Part shown: positions 10,450-21,462 of the stretch, piece after piece
Position numbering within the stretch: the first letter of the stretch is position 1
Layout: every line of letters starts with the position of its first letter
Source of the DNA: Candidatus Bathyarchaeota archaeon
GTDB lineage: Archaea > Thermoproteota > Bathyarchaeia > Bathyarchaeales > Bathycorpusculaceae
Direction: 5' to 3'
NCBI GenBank assembly: GCA_963775895.1
Contig: CAVZKL010000010.1
Location: 58,265 to 122,264, forward strand
DNA: 64,000 nt
Position numbers and translations under genes: made by a program
Notes under the pieces: model-generated
Told to the model about the DNA's origin: nothing
The model's database searches: none
The model's input: the letters and a program-made list of their open reading frames with translations, nothing else

Positions 10450-11484
10450 ATGGATCGAATAAAAGTCCTCGCTTACGGCGTCGGCGTCGTCGGCGGAATG
10501 ATCGCGAAATCTCTGCTGGAAAAGGAAGGCGTTGAGATCGTCGGCGCGGTTGATGTTGCCAAGGACAAGGTCGGCAAAGACCTAGGCGACGTTCTGGGGC
10601 TTCAAAAGAAGCTTGGCGTGACCGTTCGTGACAACCTCGGTTCTGCGCTTTCGAAAGCGAAGGCCGATGTCGCCGTACACGCCACTTCCTCGTACCTTAA
10701 AGCCACTTCTGCCCAGATCGCCACGATCGTTGAGCACGGTGTCAACGTTGTTTCAACGTGCGAAGAACTGTCTTACCCTTTTATTTCTGAACCCGAACTT
10801 GCCGCGCAGATTGATGCGCTCGCAAAGAAACACGACGTCACAGTTCTCGGGTCGGGAGTGAACCCGGGTTTTGTGATGGACACCCTCGTGATAGCGTTAA
10901 CGGCTCCTTGCCAGAGTGTTGAATCGATTCATGCAACCAGGGTGATGAACGCGGCAACAAGACGGTTGCCCTTCCAGAAGAAGATAGGAGCAGGCTTGTC
11001 AAAGCAGGAATTCGAAGAGGCGATCAAGCATAAACACATCACTGGGCACGTTGGACTTGAGCAGTCGATCGAGATGATTGCTGACGCTCTGGCGTGGAAG
11101 CTCGATACGATCGTGATTGAGCACGTTGAACCCGTGATAGCCAAGAAGTCGGTTCGAAGCAAGGACATACAAGTAAAAGCCGGAAATGCCGCAGGACTGA
11201 CGCAGAAAGCCAAGGGCATCATGAAAGGCAAAGAAGTCATAGTTTTGGATTTCCAAGCGTACATCGGAGCTGAAGAAGAGTGCGATGCAATTAGAATCAA
11301 AGGGGTCCCCGAGATCAATCAGAGAATCAGCCCGTGCGTACACGGCGACTTAGCAACGGTGGCCATGATCGTCAACGCAATTCCAAAAGTCATCAACGCT
11401 CCTGCTGGTTTGTTGACCATGAAAGACCTGCCTCTGCCGTCAGCGGTCGTTACAGACATGCGCAAGTACCTGAAAACATTCTGA
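10450..11484 (+). CDS. 2,4-diaminopentanoate dehydrogenase (Ord)-like NAD(P)-dependent amine dehydrogenase, DapB-like N-terminus
   Basis: GVGVVG Rossmann, NVVSTCEEL, GSGVNPGFVMD, GHVGL, GDLATVA..VNAIP. Confidence 0.8.
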   Translation: MDRIKVLAYGVGVVGGMIAKSLLEKEGVEIVGAVDVAKDKVGKDLGDVLGLQKKLGVTVRDNLGSALSKAKADVAVHATSSYLKATSAQIATIVEHGVNVVSTCEELSYPFISEPELAAQIDALAKKHDVTVLGSGVNPGFVMDTLVIALTAPCQSVESIHATRVMNAATRRLPFQKKIGAGLSKQEFEEAIKHKHITGHVGLEQSIEMIADALAWKLDTIVIEHVEPVIAKKSVRSKDIQVKAGNAAGLTQKAKGIMKGKEVIVLDFQAYIGAEEECDAIRIKGVPEINQRISPCVHGDLATVAMIVNAIPKVINAPAGLLTMKDLPLPSAVVTDMRKYLKTF

Positions 11485-11540
11485 CCCTCAAGAGTCGCAG
11501 CCTTTAAGAAATCCTGAAACTCTTCTTATCGTGATGTCCG

Positions 11541-11993
11541 ATGAAAAAGAAAGCCGGTGTTCATGAAAAAGGATCTTTCTCTCTCGCGGATCTGATTGAA
11601 AGCACCAAGAAGCAAACTGGTTTTGAAAAAGCCGGAGCAATAGGCATGTTCATAGGCGTAGTGCGCGGAACGACAGGTGGAGGCAAGGTTCAGAGGCTGG
11701 AGTTGCAGGCCTACGAGGAGAAAGCCGATGAAGTGCTCACCAATATCTGCAATGATCTGAAGAAAAAGCCGGGCATAATAGACGTGCAAATTCACCATTT
11801 GCTCGGCGATTTCGAAGTCGGTGAAGATCTCGTCTATGTCTCAGTTGCGGGAGGGCATCGGCAACAGATCTTTCCCGTTCTGGAAGAGGCAGTTGAGAGG
11901 TACAAGAAAGAGGCACCCATTTTCAAGAAAGAATTAGTCACAACTGACAAGGGCAACAAGGCTTACTGGACTGCAGAACGGCGCGATCAATAG
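11541..11993 (+). CDS. moaE: Molybdopterin synthase catalytic subunit
   Basis: GAIGMFIGVVR, H..G...VGE..V, KKEAPIFKKE. Confidence 0.9.
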   Translation: MKKKAGVHEKGSFSLADLIESTKKQTGFEKAGAIGMFIGVVRGTTGGGKVQRLELQAYEEKADEVLTNICNDLKKKPGIIDVQIHHLLGDFEVGEDLVYVSVAGGHRQQIFPVLEEAVERYKKEAPIFKKELVTTDKGNKAYWTAERRDQ

Positions 11994-12058
11994 TGCACCT
12001 TCACGACAGCAATAACTGATTGCGGCGGACAATGGAAGTTGAAGCGCTGAGGGCGTTA

Positions 12059-12472
12059 CTAGGGTCTAGGATGCCTTTTTTCAGCGACAACGACCAAGTA
12101 CAACGCGAAAGCTATGATTAAAGCTCCAACGAGTACGAAGAAGAACGCGGTCAAAACTTCAGCGCTGAAACCACTTGACAATAGGAGGTAAAGGAAGACT
12201 CCGAAGACAATCAGTATGGAACCGCCAACCAGTGGACCTAAGAGCATATGCTCATGTTTTTCCGTTTTCTCCCATTTTTCTTCCTTTTCGCTTTTCTCGG
12301 ATTGTCTTCTCTGTCTTCTGAATTCTCTTCTTTGGTCTCTCCATTCTCTGCGTCTTGCTCTCCATTCTTCTCGCCAATCTGCGGCCTGTTCCATCCGTAA
12401 AGATGCTCCACATTTTGGGCAGAATACCATTTTCTCGTCGACTTCTGACCCACACTTTGGACAATGAGGCAT
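12059..12472 (-). CDS. Zinc-ribbon membrane protein
   Basis: CPKCG...FCPKCG, charged helix, two TM segments. Confidence 0.8.
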   Translation of the reverse strand: MPHCPKCGSEVDEKMVFCPKCGASLRMEQAADWREEWRARRREWRDQRREFRRQRRQSEKSEKEEKWEKTEKHEHMLLGPLVGGSILIVFGVFLYLLLSSGFSAEVLTAFFFVLVGALIIAFALYLVVVAEKRHPRP

Positions 12473-12830
12473 AACTTCTTACTCCTACACGTTTAGGTGG
12501 GTAGCCCTCTTTGAACGTTTGAAGCCAATTGTCCACCTTCTTTCTTCAGCGTACCTGCGATCACCCCTGTAATCGATTTGTCGTCGCCATGAGAAGCGCC
12601 ATATGTGATTTTCCCTTTCACGTGCACCCCACCGAGTTGCTTGTTAGACTTCTTGTTTATCTCATTTTCGGCGCGTACTGAAGTTGAAGAAAGTCTTGAA
12701 GGAGCATCGTGTGAACAGAAATGGAAGCGAGACGCGTTGATCTGTCTATATAGATTAGTTAGTTTTCTATAGATTATTTGGGAATTCAATATAAGTCGGA
12801 TTCTCTTGCATTGTAGCTGAGGGCTGTGTA

Positions 12831-13036
12831 ATGCAGACGAAAAGCAAGAAAAGACGACATGAAGAGAAACTGAGTGAGCCGTGGTATTTCATCCACTTTT
12901 GAGGCTGATGTCCTCTATGACGAGACGATTGAGAAAAAGGGTTTCTCGTTCGATTTCAGATGACAAGGAAAAGGCGTCTTCGAGGTCCGAATTGATCGAT
13001 TGGTTCTTAGACATTGACCTGATGAAAGCCTATTGA
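12831..13036 (+). CDS. Possible small hypothetical protein (frameshifted)
   Basis: MQTKSKKRRHEEKLSEPWYFIHF / EADVLYDETIEKKGFSF / DDKEKASSRSELIDWFLDIDLMKAY readable only across shifts. Confidence 0.3.
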
Positions 13037-13193
13037 ACTTTTTTAGAATTGTCTCTTCGTTACCTTCGCATTTTCTTTGGAACTGTTGCCCAATCGCAGG
13101 TCCTACTATAGGATTTAGAGGATTTTTATGAAAGCGCGTTTAAGGAACACTTTTATCTCTTTGGGAAGCCCCTAATGTTTGAAGCGAAGGCAT

Positions 13194-13895
13194 ATGGATT
13201 TGAAGGAAGAGATAGAAAAAATGGCATTGCGCCTCGGGGCCGATGTTTTTGGAGTTGCTTCCGCTAAGGGGTTGGATGATGCTCCGTCGGGACATCGTCC
13301 CAGAGATGTTCTTCCAAATGCGAAATCTGTCATTGTTCTTGGGATGAAGATGCTCGATGCTCAAACGGACATTATACCCAGCGAAGGAGACTATTTTGCA
13401 GCATCCCCACGACAGGACATGTTCAGAGGACACAACACTCTCGTTTCACAGGAACTCGACAGGGTAGGATATTCCGTTGCGAGATTTCTTGAGAAGAAAG
13501 GGTTCAAAGCATATCATCAAATGGCTTCAACGGGAGGAACAGACCAACGCTATCTCACAGGTTTATTGTCGCTTAAGCACATGGCTGTTCAGGCTGGTCT
13601 TGGGGTTTTGGGTTACAACAGCTTGCTCATAACGCAACAGTACGGGCCTAGGGTGCGATTGGTTGCCATAGTGACCGACGCAGAAATGCAGCCTGATTCG
13701 CCCTTAAACAAGAATTTCTGTGAAAACTGCCCGAATCCATGCATGCCCTTGTGCCCAGCGAAGGCATTGAAGAAGCCAGGTCACGAGTTCGATTACGAAA
13801 TAAACAAGTTTGCGTGTAGTCAATATATAAGCACTCGACCAACATGCAGCATATGCCTGAAAGTGTGTCCAATAGGAAGCCAACGAGTTAAGTGA
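13194..13895 (+). CDS. QueG/reductive-dehalogenase-superfamily Fe-S protein
   Basis: SLKHMAVQAGLG, YGPRVRL..IVTD, CENCPNPCMPLCP, CSICLKVCP. Confidence 0.8.
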   Translation: MDLKEEIEKMALRLGADVFGVASAKGLDDAPSGHRPRDVLPNAKSVIVLGMKMLDAQTDIIPSEGDYFAASPRQDMFRGHNTLVSQELDRVGYSVARFLEKKGFKAYHQMASTGGTDQRYLTGLLSLKHMAVQAGLGVLGYNSLLITQQYGPRVRLVAIVTDAEMQPDSPLNKNFCENCPNPCMPLCPAKALKKPGHEFDYEINKFACSQYISTRPTCSICLKVCPIGSQRVK

Positions 13896-13906
13896 GCAAG
13901 AATCTT

Positions 13907-14491
13907 TCAGAAATGTTCGTATGAGACGATTTCACTGAGCTGTTTCCTACAAGGGGGGATCGGCTCAGTTTTTGCATATCCGAGCTGAACGATGCAGGCT
14001 ATTCTGTCTCTTTGGCTTGCGTTCAGAATACGTTTCAGTTTGTTTTCTTCGTTCCTGTTCAAAAATGTGTACACGCAGCTACCAAGTCCTTCATCCGTGG
14101 CGGCCAGCAGCATGTTCTCAACAGCCATCCAGACCGAGCCCAAAACAAGTTCACCCCTCATATTCTCTGGTAACTCGTAAAATACTGCGACAAGAATCGG
14201 GATATCTCTCATGCAGGACTTATCCCAAGATCCACCGCGAGCGGCAAGATATTTGGCTCGCGCAGGTGAGAATTGTCTCCAATGCTCCTTACTGAAGCTC
14301 GTGCAGTTACAAGCTATCTTCACCTTGATCTGAGGATTAGTGACGACTAGAAAATGCCAGGGCTGACAGTTGCCAGCCGAAGGAGCCAAACGCCCAGCCT
14401 CAAGCACTCTTCGTAGAGACTCTTCTGGAATAGCGTCTTTTTTGAATTTTCTGACGCTCCTTCGTTTGACGATTACTTCTTTGAATTCTAA
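13907..14491 (-). CDS. Nitroreductase family protein
   Basis: KRRSVRKF upstream of the called ORF, APSAGNCQPW, ENMLLAATDEGLGSC; expected start codon reads TTA 8 nt after GGAGG. Confidence 0.85.
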   Translation of the reverse strand, partial: LEFKEVIVKRRSVRKFKKDAIPEESLRRVLEAGRLAPSAGNCQPWHFLVVTNPQIKVKIACNCTSFSKEHWRQFSPARAKYLAARGGSWDKSCMRDIPILVAVFYELPENMRGELVLGSVWMAVENMLLAATDEGLGSCVYTFLNRNEENKLKRILNASQRDRIACIVQLGYAKTEPIPPCRKQLSEIVSYEHF

Positions 14492-14643
14492 CGCTGCTGC
14501 CTCCTCTCAAACCCATTATACGAAATTAGCTTACAAATCTGACGGAAAGACGCGCGAACTTGTTTCGCGTAACTCAAGGTTTGACCATGATGCCCCCTCT
14601 TCTCCTTACCATAATCGATAATCATGAACCACAAGTTAGACAT

Positions 14644-14898
14644 TTCAGTTGCCAACTAGTCTTATTCCCTGCTTAAGCATACCAGTGAGGTTATCCTTTA
14701 GGTCTTCAAAGCACGCGCTCAGCCGTTTCGCGTCTTCTTTGGACATGCCTTGCTGCATTAGCTGTTCTTCAAAAGCTTTCCTTGTTTTGCCAACTCTCCT
14801 GCCCAAAGTGAGGTACATCCAGAGAAAGACTGAGAGACATCCGAGCCAAGTGAGGAGAAGACTTTATTACCGCTGTGACCGTTGAAGCTGCGCTCATT
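14644..14898 (-). CDS. Small hypothetical protein (frameshifted)
   Basis: MSAASTVTAVIKSS.../FWMYLTLGRRVGKTRKAFEEQLMQQGMSKEDAKRL; apparent operon with neighbours. Confidence 0.55.
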
Positions 14899-14914
14899 TT
14901 TTGTCAACCTGCCA

Positions 14915-15299
14915 TTAGAGAAAGAAGGAAGTTATTCCTCTTCCTCATTCTTCTTCTGAAATCCTTTGCTGATGTTCTCTTTGATTTGTCTGCCTATTTC
15001 GTCTCCTTCGTCATGACTCCATCTGCCTCTCCCAGAGCTCCTGAGCATTTCGCCGAGGCTGGTAAATGTTCGCATGTATTCTTCCGTCATCTTAACGGCA
15101 ACTGTTCAGGTAGTCCACCGTCTTTCAGTTCCTTGTAGTATGCTGCCGCAGCTTTGCCCATGTTTCTTCCAGCCTCTTCAGAGAACACCGAGGAGAGTAT
15201 GCTTTTTATCATGGCAGGAAGTTCAGAGGAAACGACGCTGAGTATTTCTTTGATGTTTTCCGGTTCCATTTTTTCATGTTTGTGTTCATGTTGAGACAT
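14915..15299 (-). CDS. Hypothetical protein (frameshifted)
   Basis: MSQHEHKHEK...GKAAAAYYKELKDGGLPEQ/VKMTEEYMRTF; GAGGTGA RBS; 3' end approximate. Confidence 0.6.
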
Positions 15300-15367
15300 T
15301 TTCTTCACCTCAGAAACAATATAGGAGTGGTCACAGTAGTTAGGTGTTCTGTGCAAAAGTGACCAGT

Positions 15368-15811
15368 CTATTGGTCAGTCTTGTTAACTAACTCGTAAGT
15401 TGGAGCTTTACCTTCCTTTCTCAGCAGGATACCCTGTTCCTGCAACTTTTTCACTCTTTCGCGCACTATGCGCCTGCTTGCTTTTCCTCTCATCACAGTT
15501 ACTTGTCGTGTGATTGCCGAAATGTTCAAGGCTCCTTTGATGGCTATGGCTTGGATGATGCATCTTGAGATGTCATCTTGCGCAATGGGTTTATGGCGCA
15601 GGTATTTTTCGGCGTTCTTTAAACGTGCAGCGATCTTCAACGGTTCACCGTACATTCCTACACCTAGCCTAGCCAGTTCCAATGCAGGAGCCAACCCTTC
15701 ATATTCAGGTTTGTCGAGAATCAGTTTTTCAAGAAGATCGAGCCTGTAGATTATTTGATCGAGTTTCTTACTCAGTTCTTCTGCAGGGGGAGTGGAGTCT
15801 TTTCGGCTCAA
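15368..15811 (-). CDS. Winged-helix transcription regulator
   Basis: NISAITRQV...[19 protein letters not shown]...TYEL. Confidence 0.75.
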   Translation of the reverse strand: MSRKDSTPPAEELSKKLDQIIYRLDLLEKLILDKPEYEGLAPALELARLGVGMYGEPLKIAARLKNAEKYLRHKPIAQDDISRCIIQAIAIKGALNISAITRQVTVMRGKASRRIVRERVKKLQEQGILLRKEGKAPTYELVNKTDQ

Positions 15812-16083
15812 ATCTTTCTATGCTTTCCTTCAACAGCATTATCACTAGAGTGACATTTCTGTTTAATGGTTGACTATCCTTGTTCTACTTAGAAACGGAA
15901 CGACAGTCACACATGACTTAAGGCCAAAATCTGTTCTCTGCTGAAAAGAAGCAAAGCCAGCTACAGCGCGCGCTTGTACATGCCCAGATGCCATACGCTC
16001 AAGCTTATTCATCAGAAAGTCTATGCCACAACAGAATGTATTTGAGCGACAGTTTGACCTTGCTGATGGTCGAGGTTTCAGGA

Positions 16084-17208
16084 ATGCCTTCGAGTTCCAA
16101 AACAAACAGCGAACTTGACTTTGGCAAGGTTCTCAACAGTTCGTTGAATGTTTTCTTCAAGGAAGCGTTGCGAGTTGCCTTGACCCATCCTCGTCAGGCA
16201 GGGTTCTTCGTGCAGACGTTGAGATGGCAGAGAAAGGCAGCAAAGACACGACTGAATTGGGATAAGAAGGGAGTTCACGTTCCACCCATCATCGTACTGA
16301 GCGTGACAAGCAAATGTAACCTTCACTGCCAAGGCTGCTACCACCAAGCGTTGCGCAGCGCCTCCGAACCAGAAATGAGCGATGAAAGACTCGACGGATT
16401 AATCGCCGAAGCCAAAGAACTAGGTGTCTCTTTCATGGTAATCGGGGGAGGAGAACCGTTAACTCGTCCAATAATTCTGGATCTTGCAGAGAAGCATCCA
16501 GCGATCATGTTTCTAGTGTTTACGAACGGTCTTTTGATCGATGAAGCTGTGATCAAGAAAATGTCCAAGAACAGGAATATTGTTCCTTTAGTCAGTTTGG
16601 AAGGCTACGAAAACGACACGGACAAACGACGCGGAGCCGGCGTCTATAAGCAAGCATTGAACGCGATTGCCAAATTGAAAGAGAAGAATATCTTTTGGGG
16701 CAGTTCCTTGACTTTGACCCGAACCAACTTTGCAGACGTAACCGACGAGAACTTCATCAAAAGGTTAGTCGAGACCGGCTGCAAACTTTTCATGCTTGTC
16801 GAATACACTCCAGTCAAGAAAGGAACTGAGGACTGGGTACTCACATCTGAACAAAGAACGGAATTGTTAAGGAAAAGAGACTTGTTCCGAAAGAAGTACC
16901 CCGCCGTGTTCATCGCACTGCCTTGGGATGAAGAAGAGATAGGCGGATGCTTATCATCGGGAAGAGGATTCATCCACATCAGTGCAGAGGGAAACGTGGA
17001 ACCGTGCCCCTTCATTCCTTACTCGGACACAAATCTAAAGCACCTCTCACTTAAAGACGCGCTGCAGTCGAAGATGTTGAAAACAATACGGGAAAACCAT
17101 GGGCAGCTTGAGGAAACACACGGATGCGCCTTATGGGAAAAGAGAGAATGGGTGAAATCACTGACCAAAGAAACAAGAGACAACGTGAGCGGCAGACAGG
17201 ATTCGTAG
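16084..17208 (+). CDS. Radical SAM protein with SPASM/twitch-like C-terminus
   Basis: CNLHCQGC, GGGEP, FTNG, GCLSSGRGFIHI..EGNVEPCPF. Confidence 0.9.
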   Translation: MPSSSKTNSELDFGKVLNSSLNVFFKEALRVALTHPRQAGFFVQTLRWQRKAAKTRLNWDKKGVHVPPIIVLSVTSKCNLHCQGCYHQALRSASEPEMSDERLDGLIAEAKELGVSFMVIGGGEPLTRPIILDLAEKHPAIMFLVFTNGLLIDEAVIKKMSKNRNIVPLVSLEGYENDTDKRRGAGVYKQALNAIAKLKEKNIFWGSSLTLTRTNFADVTDENFIKRLVETGCKLFMLVEYTPVKKGTEDWVLTSEQRTELLRKRDLFRKKYPAVFIALPWDEEEIGGCLSSGRGFIHISAEGNVEPCPFIPYSDTNLKHLSLKDALQSKMLKTIRENHGQLEETHGCALWEKREWVKSLTKETRDNVSGRQDS

Positions 17209-17282
17209 ATCCAATAAATGACTTGGGCGTTAGCGCACGCTGGAAGGTTGACCTCGCTTCACTTTGCGCGCGCTTTTCCGTT

Positions 17283-18361
17283 TCATTTTTTCTGAAATTG
17301 CTGTTTCATCGCTGATTCTACAGTCATGTTTAGCACAATTTCCGCGATATCACTCGCATACTCGGCTGTTCTTCTGATACTCTCTATTATCAATCGTATA
17401 TTTGCGGCTTCATCGGCACCAATGTGCTGAGTAGCAGCGACCGCTTCCTTTTCAATTAACATAACTTCTCTGGTCTTTTCAATCACACTTTCAGCGAGGT
17501 CAAAGTCACATTGGAAAAGAGATTCGATTGCTTTTTCAAACATTGAAATTGATATCGAACTCATTTCAACAATTTTCTGCAAGATCTTCTCTATCGAGGT
17601 TTTTCTTCAACAGTAACACGTTTTCGGCTATGCTGGCGGCGTGGTCAGCCGTTCTTTCAACGGATTTTGTTACTAGTCGGTACCCGAGGCAGTCTCTCGC
17701 TGTGGTCAAACCTATGTCTTTAATGATTCTTGGGTCCTGTATCGCCATTTTGAGTTGGCGGACAATGTACAAATTGAATCTGTCGACTTCATTGTCCGTG
17801 GCGATGACATCTTTAGCGAGGATATGGTCAAGATTTTGTAATCCTGTTATCGCATCCTTATGCATTGACGCCGTTATTATGGACATTCTTCGCAAAGCAC
17901 TTTGAACCGATAGTTCAGGATAGCTTAGCAGGACTTGCAGCGTCAGTTCCGTTGGCGTGTCTATCACTATTTCCGTTCCCACGAGCAGGTCGCGGGCGAA
18001 AGATTTCAATGCGATGCGTTGTCTCGGAGAGAGCTGTTGCCCATCCTTGGCTTTGATGTGCATTATGTTGTAGCCAACCAAGTACGTAGAAACCGTTTTG
18101 CGTATCAAGGGGTCGGGCAGATCTTTTGGGGAGACTAGCGATGTGTGCTTCTTGCGGTTTCTCCTGCTTTGCCAAGTCTGGAGGCATCACCGACAAGGAT
18201 CCATCATCTTCGGTGCGAACAATAAGCGTATTGTTTTTCTTCAGTTGGTTGAGGGCTATCCACTTCTTGGGTAGCGAGATTATGTAAGTTGAGCCGCCCG
18301 TGAGTTGGAGCTTTCTAAGCTCCTCGGTTCGCTTGATTGATGTTGCGGTCAAAATGTGCAC
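17283..18361 (-). CDS. Phosphate uptake regulator, AbrB N-domain plus two PhoU repeats (two frameshifts)
   Basis: RKLQLTGGSTYIISLPKKW; DNEVDRF, VERTADHA; IRRTAEYASDIAE spread over three ORFs. Confidence 0.85.
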
Positions 18362-18403
18362 CTTCCACTAGTTTAGACAGTACTCTATTGTAAGTACTTT
18401 ATC

Positions 18404-18440
18404 TATATAGTTTATGGTGATTATGTGGAGAAACTATATA
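18404..18440. promoter_or_regulatory. 10-bp inverted repeat in the divergent regulator/pstS promoter
   Basis: TATATAGTTT-N17-AAACTATATA. Confidence 0.5.
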
Positions 18441-18491
18441 TGAATTAAAGTCTTCTTGGAGGCAAGAACAATCAAATAGATGTAAAGGAAG

Positions 18492-19600
18492 GTGAAAAAA
18501 CGAATTACAAAATACTAGTTCCAATAGTTGCAATTGCTATCATCGTAATAGGCGCATTCAGCTATCTGTCCCTGTCATCTCCAGCCCAAACGGTAACGCT
18601 AAACGGCTCAGGCGCCACATTTCCGTACCCGCTACTGGACGCTATGATTAAACAATACCAAACAGAAAAAACAAACGTTCAGATCAACTATCAACCGATT
18701 GGCAGCGGAGGAGGTATCTCCGCTCTTGAGGGCAAGACAGTCGACTTCGCTGCCTCAGACGCACCACTGGGGGCAGCTGACATGGCGAAAGCCCCAGGCT
18801 CACTCCATATCCCGGAAACAATCGGTGCCGTCACGGTAGCGTACAATCTGCCCGGTTTTCCTAATGGTCTTCATCTGACTGGTAAAGTTGTGGCCGACAT
18901 CTTCGCTGGCAACGTGACCACGTGGAACGATCCCGAGATCCAAAGCCTTAATTCAAACTTGACGTTGCCTGCCAAAAGCATTCTTATCGTTCATCGGTCT
19001 GATGGTTCCGGAACAACTTTCATCTTCACCGGCTACTTGAACGCGTCAAACAGCGCTGCTTGGCAATCGGCAAAAATCGGACAAGGGAAGACGGTCGCTT
19101 GGCCAGTGGGAATCGGCGCCAACGGTAATACTGGAGTGGCTAGTGTTGTCCAAGGAACGCAATACACGATTGGCTATGTCGAGTTGGCTTACGCGCTACA
19201 GAATAACATGACAGTGGCAGCGATTCAGAACCCAGCAGCTAACTGGGTTGTGCCTTCACTCAATACTATAGAGCTGGCAGTGCAATCAGGGGCTTCAAGC
19301 GGTCTACCGGCAGGCAATCAGAGTTGGTCAAACGTGAACCTTCTCAATGCTCCCGACCCGCAGGCATACCCGATCGTAAGCTTCACTTATCTCCTCGTAT
19401 ACCAGCAACTTGACACAATTTCAGGAATGACTCAGACTAAGGCAACAACCCTTGTGCAATTCCTTTGGTGGGTAGTACACGATGGTCAGCAGAACGCAAC
19501 CAGTCTGGCATATGTGCCGCTTCCGGCGAACGTAGTGCAAATAGATGAAGCCTCTATTCAATCGATAACTTTCAATGGACAACATCTACCAACAAGTTAA
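18492..19600 (+). CDS. pstS: Phosphate ABC transporter substrate-binding protein
   Basis: NGSGATFPYP upstream of the called ATG, GSGGG, RSDGSGTT, YPIVSFTY; start probably GTG 18492 with one A missing in the A-run. Confidence 0.92.
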
Positions 19601-19675
19601 GCAATGGTGTCAGAAATTGTCGAGAAGACAACCCAAGATCTCTTTTTCTTAATTTGATCTCAGTAAGGGCGAGGA

Positions 19676-20629
19676 ATGATTAATCTGGATATAAGATGGT
19701 CGAAAGACAGTCTGTTCAAAGTGTTAGCTGCTGTTCTCGCAGCTTCAGCTGCCGTAATTCTCCTAGTCACCGGATACACCCTTTTTACCGGATCACTGCC
19801 CGTTCTGCAACGGTCTGGGCTCTATTTTTTCATTGGGACACAATGGAACCCGGTCGTCGGCGAGATTTACGGTGCTCTTCCATACCTTCTTGGAACGCTT
19901 GTCACTGCGGGTATCGCGCTTGTTATTGGGGTGCCCTTGAGCCTTGGAATTGCGATCTTTCTCGTGGAGATGTGTCCAAGGACGCTAAGAGTGCCGATTT
20001 CTTACCTCGTGGATTTGCTCGCGGCAGTTCCCAGCGTTATATACGGACTTTGGGGTCTCTTCGTGTTCCGCTTTTGGATGCTTAATTACGTCGAAACCCC
20101 CCTGTCCACTTATCTAGGATGGTTTCCTGCGTTCAGCGGAACGCCTTTCGGCGGACTCAACGTGCTCACAGCCGGAATAATCTTGGCGATCATGATTATA
20201 CCCACGGTTTCGTCGGTCTCAAGGGAAGTCATTAAAGCGGTTCCCACCTCAATAAGGGAGGGAGCCTACAGCATCGGCGCAACAAAGTGGGAAGTCATCA
20301 GAAACTGGGTGCTGAGCTACGGCCGTTCCGGACTGTTTGGAGCAGTCATCCTGGGTCTAGGAAGAGCAGTCGGCGAGACGATGGCGGTGACAATGGTCAT
20401 CGGAAACACCATCGGTCCAGCTGCAATCCCCACTTCTCTTCTCAAAGCGAGCCAGACGATGTCATCTCTAATAGCCAACGACTTCTTGGAGACGACGCCG
20501 GCATCCCTCGAGCGAGCAGCGTACATAGGCGTCGGATTGGTTCTGCTCTTATTGAGTCTTGTTATAAACGTGCTCGCCCAGGTCATGGTGACTCGCGTTC
20601 TCAAGGTTAAGGGAGGCGCCGTAGAGTAG
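19676..20629 (+). CDS. pstC: Phosphate ABC transporter permease C
   Basis: LAAVPSVIYGLWG, GRAVGETMAV. Confidence 0.93.
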   Translation: MINLDIRWSKDSLFKVLAAVLAASAAVILLVTGYTLFTGSLPVLQRSGLYFFIGTQWNPVVGEIYGALPYLLGTLVTAGIALVIGVPLSLGIAIFLVEMCPRTLRVPISYLVDLLAAVPSVIYGLWGLFVFRFWMLNYVETPLSTYLGWFPAFSGTPFGGLNVLTAGIILAIMIIPTVSSVSREVIKAVPTSIREGAYSIGATKWEVIRNWVLSYGRSGLFGAVILGLGRAVGETMAVTMVIGNTIGPAAIPTSLLKASQTMSSLIANDFLETTPASLERAAYIGVGLVLLLLSLVINVLAQVMVTRVLKVKGGAVE

Positions 20630-21445
20630 ATGAATAGTTACGTCTACAGGAAGTTCAAGGATAAGCTCTTCTTCGTTCTCTGTCTAGTGTGCGTCATCAT
20701 CGGCGTTCTTCCTCTGGCAAGCATTCTCATCGAAGTCATCGTGAGAGGGGCCCCACAGCTTAGTATTCAGTTCATTACCCAAAACGAGTTTGGAGGTGGC
20801 ATTGGACCTGCGATACAGGGCACCTTGATTTTGATCGGACTAACTGGCCTCATTGGCATACCCGTCGGAGTTATGTCTGGAATCTACTTGGCCGAATACG
20901 GCAACAACAAATATGCTGCATCTATGAGAACGGTGAATGATGTACTCACGGAGTTTCCTTCCATAGTAGTGGGGATCACGGTCTCTATCGTTGTTCTCGG
21001 TCGCTATTCACCCCTTTTCGGCGCTATTGCACTTTCTTTCATCTTGATCCCAATAGTTGCGAGAACCACGGAAGAGTCACTGAAGCTTGTGCCGAACTCT
21101 ATTCGTGAAGCATCACTTGCGCTAGGAGTGCCCAGATGGAGAACCATAGTCAGCGTCGTCCTTCCAGATGCAAGAGCAGGTTTAGTGACAGGTACTCTTC
21201 TCGCCGTAGCCAGGATCGCGGGGGAAACTGCACCTTTGATTATGACGATTCTTGGCAATTCGTATTTCTTCCAAGGCTTCAGTCAACCTATGGATGCTCT
21301 TCCATTGAGGATTTTCAGAAATGCACTCCAACCAGACCCGAAAATCCAAGCGCAAGGCTGGGGAGCAGCTTTGATCCTACTTCTCATAGTCTTGGGGCTT
21401 AACATCAGTGTTAGAGTGGCCAGCAGGAGTCGACTCGGCAGGTGA
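20630..21445 (+). CDS. pstA: Phosphate ABC transporter permease A
   Basis: PSIVVG, REASLALG, ARIAGETAPL. Confidence 0.93.
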   Translation: MNSYVYRKFKDKLFFVLCLVCVIIGVLPLASILIEVIVRGAPQLSIQFITQNEFGGGIGPAIQGTLILIGLTGLIGIPVGVMSGIYLAEYGNNKYAASMRTVNDVLTEFPSIVVGITVSIVVLGRYSPLFGAIALSFILIPIVARTTEESLKLVPNSIREASLALGVPRWRTIVSVVLPDARAGLVTGTLLAVARIAGETAPLIMTILGNSYFFQGFSQPMDALPLRIFRNALQPDPKIQAQGWGAALILLLIVLGLNISVRVASRSRLGR

Positions 21446-21462
21446 GACGACAGAAATGAAAA

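Noticed and set aside
12493-12789. 98-aa minus ORF
   Set aside because: No convincing start or family signal; the 3' half may be a small real gene but I cannot support it.
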